DNA of 16,234 nt, taken from positions 1 to 16,234 of the forward strand of contig NW_021825175.1 in assembly GCF_006345805.1 (NCBI RefSeq), in the 5' to 3' direction. The notes below the pieces were generated by a model that saw only the letters and a program-made list of their open reading frames with translations, had not been told where the DNA came from and searched no databases. Within the stretch, counting starts at the first letter, position 1, and the number at the start of each line of letters is the position of its first letter. The position numbers and the translations under genes were made by a program. The DNA is from Octopus sinensis (Eukaryota). This document shows positions 9,035 through 16,234 of this stretch, piece after piece.

Positions 9035-9080
9035 CCACAACGTTTCGTTTGATTTACTCTCCTGCCTTCATCAGGTGTCC
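9035..9080 (-). ncRNA. minimal type I hammerhead ribozyme motif (Penelope-type), partly decayed
   Basis: Minus strand: GGACAC CUGAUGA A GGCAG gagaguaaau CAAAC GAAA CG UU GUGG. Core boxes are intact, AACGUU is palindromic, and stem I (CAC/GUG) has 3 bp. Stem II is disrupted in this copy. Confidence 0.6.
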
Positions 9081-9135
9081 CGGTAGAATTTTGAACCCAA
9101 CCCTGGGTTCTCATTCCTCAGGTATTTTTTGCTGA

Positions 9136-9175
<40 letters not shown>

Positions 9176-9328
9176 GTTGTTGTTGTTGTTATTATTTATT
9201 CAAGACACTGTCTGTAATTGAACTTGCAAACTTGGGGTTAGTAGTTCACGCTCTTAATCATTATGCCCACGTGCATAAAGTGCAATGGTTAAGAGCGCGA
9301 GCTCAATTCCAGGCAGTTCCTTGAATAG

Positions 9329-9589
<261 letters not shown>

Positions 9590-9799
9590 ATATACCGTGG
9601 AGGGTATATCAGCCGAAACGTTGTGGTAACAGCAAACAAGATCAGGACACATATTCGTCCAATGTAAATAATGTACAGAATGCCTCACCTCTAAATTATA
9701 GAATGGTATGAAAAAATATAATCAGACTTTTTAAAGAATCGAATGGGCTATGGCGTGGGGTCGGGGTAGGGGTCAAGTAGAGTAAAAGGAACCAAAGCG

Positions 9800-9830
9800 T
9801 GTTCCATGGGGAAAAACGGTTGAGAACCAC
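9800..9830. mobile_element. possible hAT-type MITE terminus
   Basis: gttccatggggaaaaacggttgagaaccac resembles a hAT MITE end (from memory); no partner end found. Confidence 0.35.
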
Positions 9831-9842
9831 GAGATATTCTGA

Positions 9843-10045
9843 GAATGACTAATACGTACATATTTATAGAACGAATCTGCGTCGAGTGACTCATAACTAA
9901 CTATTTATGTAGTGAAAATATGGAGGGAGTGACTAATGCCTAACTATTTTTATAGCGAATAAATTCGAATAGCGTGTATTTAAGTTGTTTTCATAGCGAA
10001 TATACCGCGAATGACGACATCAAAGTATTTATATAGCGAATAATG
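9843..10045. repeat. degenerate ~42-bp minisatellite
   Basis: ga(g/a)tgact...tattt(a)tatagcgaat recurs; atagcgaata at 9952, 9993 and 10033, with variants near 9866 and 9909. Confidence 0.6.
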
Positions 10046-10239
10046 TAAAATGGCTGTTGAAGTTGTTTATAAAACTAATAAACATTGAATGATTTATACT
10101 TAAATAAAAATGAATGGACATAGAACGATTGATAAATTCTTTATATCGCGAACGGACATAGAATGAAAGATATTTAAGTTGTTTACAGCTAATCAGAGAA
10201 ACCAATGAACGGAGAGTCAATTACGTGAGCGCTCAGTTT

Positions 10240-10410
10240 CCTAGAAATAGCAGTTAAGTTGCAAACAATCTATGATCTGAAAACGAATTTTTTAGATGAT
10301 GTAGTTCGCGACACACTGCTCCTGCAAATAAGATAAACAGTTAAAGTTTGAATGCCTTTGATCATAAATCTGGTCGATCATGCTTGACTTGGGGTTAAAC
10401 AACAACAACA
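10240..10410 (+). mobile_element. retroposon 3' tail-like fragment ending in (AAC)n
   Basis: cctttgatcataaatctggtcgatcatgcttgacttggggttaaacaacaacaac; related to 8372-8465. Confidence 0.4.
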
Positions 10411-10742
10411 ATCAATGAGTAACCATTCCTGTGGTCCGGTGTTCGCGTCCTGTCACAGAAATTGTGTCCTCTTCATGAAAACATTTATGTCAAGTAACTA
10501 AATACACATTGCTGTAGGTAGAGCAAAGGGGGGCATGGTTGGATGTTCTAGACAGAGGGAGGGACAAGGGGATATAAATATGGGAAGCATTTCATGAGCT
10601 TGCAGTGCCGGGGTTATACATAACCTGTTGTGAACGTGAAAGGGACAGAGAGATTGAAAAGGAGAAAGACTATTCCGCAACTTATTGAGATTAGCAGGAG
10701 ATTATCAGTGATCTAGCACCGCAATGCGATTATCGGATTAGA

Positions 10743-10912
10743 CGCCGCCACCACCACCACCACTACCACCACCATGATATTCATCATCAGCACCACTATC
10801 AACTCCACCGCCACCACGACCACGACCATCGCCACTGCCGCCGCCGCCGCCGCCGCCGCCACCACCACCACACCACCACCACCACCACAAAGAACAACAA
10901 CACCAACACCAT
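10743..10912. repeat. (CCA)n/(CCG)n trinucleotide tract
   Basis: Directly visible. Confidence 0.92.
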
Positions 10913-11039
10913 CTTAAGCATTCCCATTTCATTTCTTTGCGAAGCTTCCCTCATGGAGACTAATAACGAGTGCAACAACTAGATCTACGCAATACCCAGG
11001 ATACCCGACTTTATTTCGAGTCTAATATCTATAGCACAG

Positions 11040-12950
11040 TTAACTGAAGCATTGCCAAGGGAACGTGTATAATCTAGTGACCCTTGGCACCATCCATACC
11101 TAACTCAACCATTAAATAGATGCGAAACTACGCCGAAGCGGCGCCTTGTCAGCCTATGTGCACAGTTAAATTGTAATGCTAACCTCGTATGGTTGGTTGA
11201 GTAACTGCATTTATACAGTCTCACCATCCGTATTTACTCTCAGCTAACGTCGCCGTTTTCCCCGCCACCAATCGGAGCTTTGTGCTTTGCATTCTGTCGT
11301 TTATTTGTTTCAGTCAATGGACTGCGGCCATGCTGGAGCACCGTCTAGAGTGATTTTAGTCGAACAAATCGACTCCTCTACTTATTTCATCTCATCTCTG
11401 TTTTTTGTGCTTATTCTATCGGCTTTCTTTTGCCGAACCGCTATGTTATGGAGATGTAAACAAATCAAAAGTGGAAAATACAGACACAAATGGAGACAAA
11501 TAACCGCGCGCGCACACACACGCTCATAACACCCTCATACACACTCACATGCGCACACACACATATACACACACACACACACGCTCACATACACACACAT
11601 ACGCTCATACAAGCCCTCATACATACTCGCACGCGCACACACACATATACACACACACACATACACGCACACGCAGGCACACACACGTTCATACAGACAC
11701 ACGCACACATGCATATACGCCAGGCTTCCACACAGTTTCCACCTACCAAATCCACTCACAACTCATCGATCGGTCCGGAGCTATAGCAAAAGACCCTTGC
11801 CCAATGTGCTGCGCAGTGGGACTGAACCCCAAACCACGTGGCCACGCATGCGCTTCTAAGTTAGTACCTCATCGCACCACTCATGGTTGCAGTACATCTT
11901 AAAGTAACACTACTATTGTAAAAAAGAGAATCCATGTCGATTAAGGAAACTGTAATGAAGCCTTCCGTCATCCCATCCATTCTTTTACACTGCTATTGCA
12001 TATGGAAGGCGTGACGGGACATCCCATTCAGATCTGTACAGTTTTGAACTTAATATCGTGTAGTAGAGAAGCTATATTCGTATTATATTCTTTCTCCGTA
12101 TCTATAACTGTATACGTCTTAATGTAACGCCACTTTTGTATCTCCAACAAGGGATTTTACACTCATGTTCTGTTCCCTTGTTAATATCTATATCTGTACA
12201 CAACTAGAAGTAATTCTGTCATTGTAGTGCAGTAACCGACACTCATAGAGTGTCCATTCGAACCATCCATACTTAAACACTACTAACTGTAACGCCACTT
12301 TTGCATAGCAAGCAACTCCTTTTTTGTGGTGTCCTGTAATCCATACATATCTGTTCATAGAAAGCTGTAATACAACGGTGTTGTATCAGGTAAATAATAC
12401 TCACACAATATCCCGTAGCTACATCCGTAACTGTGCACAGCTAACTCTAACACAATCGTCATGTTGCAAGAAAACTACCTTGAATTAATATCATGTCACC
12501 CTATTATCTGTATGTGGCTTGTTGTAAAACTATCGTCCCATAATAGGGAAACTACACTCATATAATGTTCCGTCGCCCCATCCATATTTAAACACTGCTA
12601 ACATTAACATTACCATTGCATAGCAGGCAGATCCTATACTGTAGTGTCCCTTCACCACCTCCATATTTTAGATATGATTCTACGAAGCAACAGTGGGAAC
12701 ACTACATCTGCATAAGGTCCCGTCACCTTAGCCATGTCTGCATACAATAGTAACACTACAATGGTATGGTGTCCCGTTGCATCATCCATATTTAATAAAT
12801 ATTTACAGCAGCACTATTGTAAAGCAGCGACGTTCATCTATTATGGTGTCCTGTCATGCAAGCCATGCCTGTATTCAATAGTGAAGTTTCAATGATATAT
12901 AGTGTCCCGTCGCAGCATCCATATTTCAAAACTGTTAACTGCCATTTCTT
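11040..12950. repeat. old degenerate tandem array (about 55-85 bp units) interrupted by a SINE
   Basis: Motif gtgtccc..(n)..catccatattt recurs, with cc at 12267, 12341, 12425, 12582, 12661, 12732, 12786, 12863 and 12919, plus related units near 11075-11100, 11225 and 11970. tgtaacgccacttttg is exact near 12123 and 12288. Confidence 0.7.
11292..11853 (-). mobile_element. SINE family 1, near full length with expanded internal (CA)n at 11505-11718
   Basis: The 3' part gactgcggccatgctggagcaccg...agtcgaacaaatcgac mirrors 14345-14400; head/core caaatccactcacaa...ttgcccaatgtgctgcgcagtgggactgaaccc. Confidence 0.88.
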
Positions 12951-13077
12951 ACCAGAGTTAGACCTCTTTATTTATTTATTTATTTTTAATCGTTCTGTCA
13001 CCCTGTCCACATACATATACAGCTAGAAACGGTATATTTATTAAAGGGTAATTACACTCATGCAGGGTCTCGACTTC

Positions 13078-13302
13078 CTAACACACACACACACATACAT
13101 ACATACACACACACAAGCACATACGCACACACGCACACACTTGCACACAAACGTACGTATGCGCACGCACACACACATACACACAAACATGCACGCATTC
13201 ACACACATACACGCACACACACACACACACATGCACGCACACACACATAATATATACACGCACACACGCACACACACACACACGCACACGCACGCACGCA
13301 TA
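13078..13302. repeat. imperfect (CA)n/(CG) microsatellite
   Basis: Directly visible. Confidence 0.92.
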
Positions 13303-13533
13303 CACAGAAATAACGTCCTGAATAATTGACCAATTGTATAAGTGACCTCGGGCCTAACTTTTCATCGCTGGACTTTCAGTTATTGCTTTATTAGTTCAAT
13401 TAGTCACTTTTGTTAATGAAACATTGTTTGTATTGTGTACTAAAATTCGATTTTACTAATAACGAAGATTTTGTTTCTGTTTATATTAACTTTTTCAAAG
13501 TTTGACGCAAAAACAATAGTTTTAGACGGGTCG

Positions 13534-13850
13534 GGTTAGCCAAGTACATTGACCCTAGTAATTCATTGGTGCTCTGCAGAATTTGAACTTACAATGTAAA
13601 AATAAAGAATAAAGAAAAAAATCAGAAAAATATCGCATAGCATGTTCTTCCACACTCTCAACAATTCTGCCGGTCGCTGCTTCTTTTAATTTAAATAATT
13701 CTTCTAAATTTTGGCACATCACCAGCAATTTTAAGGGAAGTGGCTTAATCGAATATATGATCTCAGTACTAAGGTGCCACTTTATTTTATTGACCCCGGA
13801 AGATGAAACCAAAATTGACCTCAACGAGATTTTAAACTCGAAGAAAAACC
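13534..13850 (-). mobile_element. two degenerate SINE family 2 copies (13534-13682 and 13694-13850)
   Basis: Share gaatttgaact, caattctgcc and ttattttattgaccccggaagatgaaaccaaaattgacctc with 14421-14565. Confidence 0.65.
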
Positions 13851-13901
13851 AACACTGTTACGATTTTGCAATCTCGTCGACATTTTTTTTCTTTTTCTTC
13901 A

Positions 13902-14565
<664 letters not shown>

Positions 14566-14599
14566 ATTTTATCATCTTTCACTAATATAATATGTTTAT

Positions 14600-14946
14600 A
14601 TTCGCAGTAGTAGGATCGCGGTTTGAATTCCCAGACCGGGCATTGTGAGTGTTTATTGAGCGAAAACATTTAAAGCTCCACGATGCTCCGGCAGGGCGTG
14701 CTGGCGAGCCCTGCTGAAACTCTTTCACCACAACTTTCTCTCACTCTTTCTTCCTGTTTCTGTTGTACCTGTATTTCAAAGGGGCCAGCCTTGTCCCACT
14801 CTATCATGCTGAATCTCTCCGAGAACTACGTTAAGGGTATACGTATCTGTGGAATGCTCAGCCACTTGCACGTTATTCTCACGAGCAGGCTGTTCCGTTG
14901 ATTGGATCAACTGAAATCCTTGTCGTCGTAAGAGACGGGGTGCCAC
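14600..14946 (+). mobile_element. SINE family 3, 5'-truncated, with Deu/Nin-like central segment
   Basis: B-box-like ggtttgaattccc at about 14620. The central ctgttgtacctgt and downstream cacgagca motifs recall Deu/Nin-domain SINEs (from memory). Partial second copy at 4560-4640. Confidence 0.55.
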
Positions 14947-14952
14947 GATATA

Positions 14953-15372
14953 TCTCTCTCTATATATAAAACTGAGAATGTGCGTCTGTCTGTCTGTCCT
15001 TCTGTGCATTTCCCTAAAACTTAAGAACTACACAACCAACTTCATTCAAATTTTACACATGCCTTACTTAGGGTCCGGGGAGTGTCATCGGCAAAAAGTT
15101 TTTTTAACTTTTTGCCTAGGGCGAGCCCACAGCAATATCATATCTTCTCCACTACGATTCCCTAAAACTTGAGGACTACACAACCAATTTCATTCAAATT
15201 TTACACATGCCTTACTTAGGGTCCGGGGAGTGTCATCGGCAAAAAGTTTTTTTAACTTTTTGCCTAGGGCGAGCCCACAGCAATATCATATCTTCTCCAC
15301 TACGATTCCCTAAAACTTGAGAACTACACAACCAATTTCATTCAAATTTTACACTTGCCTTACTTAGGGTCC
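14953..15372 (+). mobile_element. Helitron-like non-autonomous element 5' end with internal 148-bp tandem array
   Basis: A|TC start, then tctatatataaaactgagaatg and (GTCT)n, typical of DINE-1/HINE-like 5' ends. ccctaaaac units start at 15012, 15160 and 15308 (2.4 copies, near-identical). No 3' hairpin/CTAG terminus seen. Confidence 0.65.
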
Positions 15373-15509
15373 AATAGACGAGATGATTACGGTTGGATTG
15401 CCTTTCATACAAGGCCCACTTGATTAAACTGACCGGAAGTTAAACGACAATAACAACAACGGCAACAAAAACCTACAGTCGATTATGAATATACATTGTT
15501 TTGTGCGTG

Positions 15510-15694
15510 ACACAAACACACACACACACACACATACACAGCCGCGTGCACACACACACTCACACAAACATTTACATATACATATATGTATACGTGCATA
15601 TATCCATATACATACACACACACACATATTATATATATATATATATATATATGTATATGCTTACACATGTATATACACATATATATGTGTTTAT

Positions 15695-15726
<32 letters not shown>

Positions 15727-15790
15727 CTGTACCATATATGTGACGACAGATTTCGGACAATGGACATGAGTTAAATAATATATACATGTT

Positions 15791-15868
<78 letters not shown>

Positions 15869-16136
15869 GTATGTATATATATGTGTATATATGTATATAT
15901 ATATATATATATGTCTATATTATATTATACATATATAGACATACATATATATATATATATATATATTACATATATATATACATACATATCTATATATATC
16001 TAATATATATATATATATATACACAATATTTATAGAGAGACATATATATGTATATACATATATATAATATCTATATGTATATATCACACTCATGTATATA
16101 CGCACAGATTTCATATGTATGTATGTATGTATGTAT
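15510..16136. repeat. long compound (CA)/(TA)/(TATG) microsatellite block
   Basis: Directly visible. Confidence 0.95.
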
Positions 16137-16234
16137 GCCGCTCGGATGTGAGGGGAAGAGACTAACAGCATTACTCGTCGGACAAACATTTCACTCCTCC
16201 TACAAGACCACCACGTATATTCATACTGATCAGT

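Noticed and set aside
9197-9327. Functional tRNA gene(s)
   Set aside because: Both arms have deletions and lack an intact acceptor/anticodon stem; these are SINE-type heads only.
9745-9772. Possible G-quadruplex GGG-n9-GGGG-n2-GGGG-n2-GGGG
   Set aside because: Isolated, with one long loop and no functional context.
10738-10932. Gly-rich ORF or exon on the minus strand
   Set aside because: Simple (GGT/GGC)n tract starting at a non-informative position, with no splice or homology support.
11053-11089. 9-bp inverted repeat tgccaaggg/cccttggca as a pre-miRNA or terminator
   Set aside because: The stem is too short, the 19-nt loop is unpaired, and it lies inside the degenerate array; compatible with chance.

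Overview
AT-rich, repeat-saturated animal genomic DNA with no recognisable protein-coding gene; probably intergenic or intronic. The repeat families resemble, from memory and not from a database search, those of octopus/coleoid cephalopods. Most supplied ORFs are microsatellite artefacts or fall inside repeats. Contents: about 12 copies or fragments of three tRNA-headed SINE families (one nested in another), a Tigger/pogo-like MITE, a fold-back MITE, a Helitron-like 5' end with a 148-bp tandem array, very decayed LINE remnants, a 15/60-bp higher-order minisatellite, an old degenerate array at about 11.0-13.0 kb, and an ~840-bp tandem duplication whose copies differ almost only by small indels (possible assembly artefact). 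The most interesting object is a ~700-bp palindromic element at 8977-9675. It consists of two tRNA-like heads back to back, each followed by an (AAT)n tract and a Penelope-like tail. The left arm retains a minimal type I hammerhead ribozyme core (CUGAUGA...GAAA-CG-UU).
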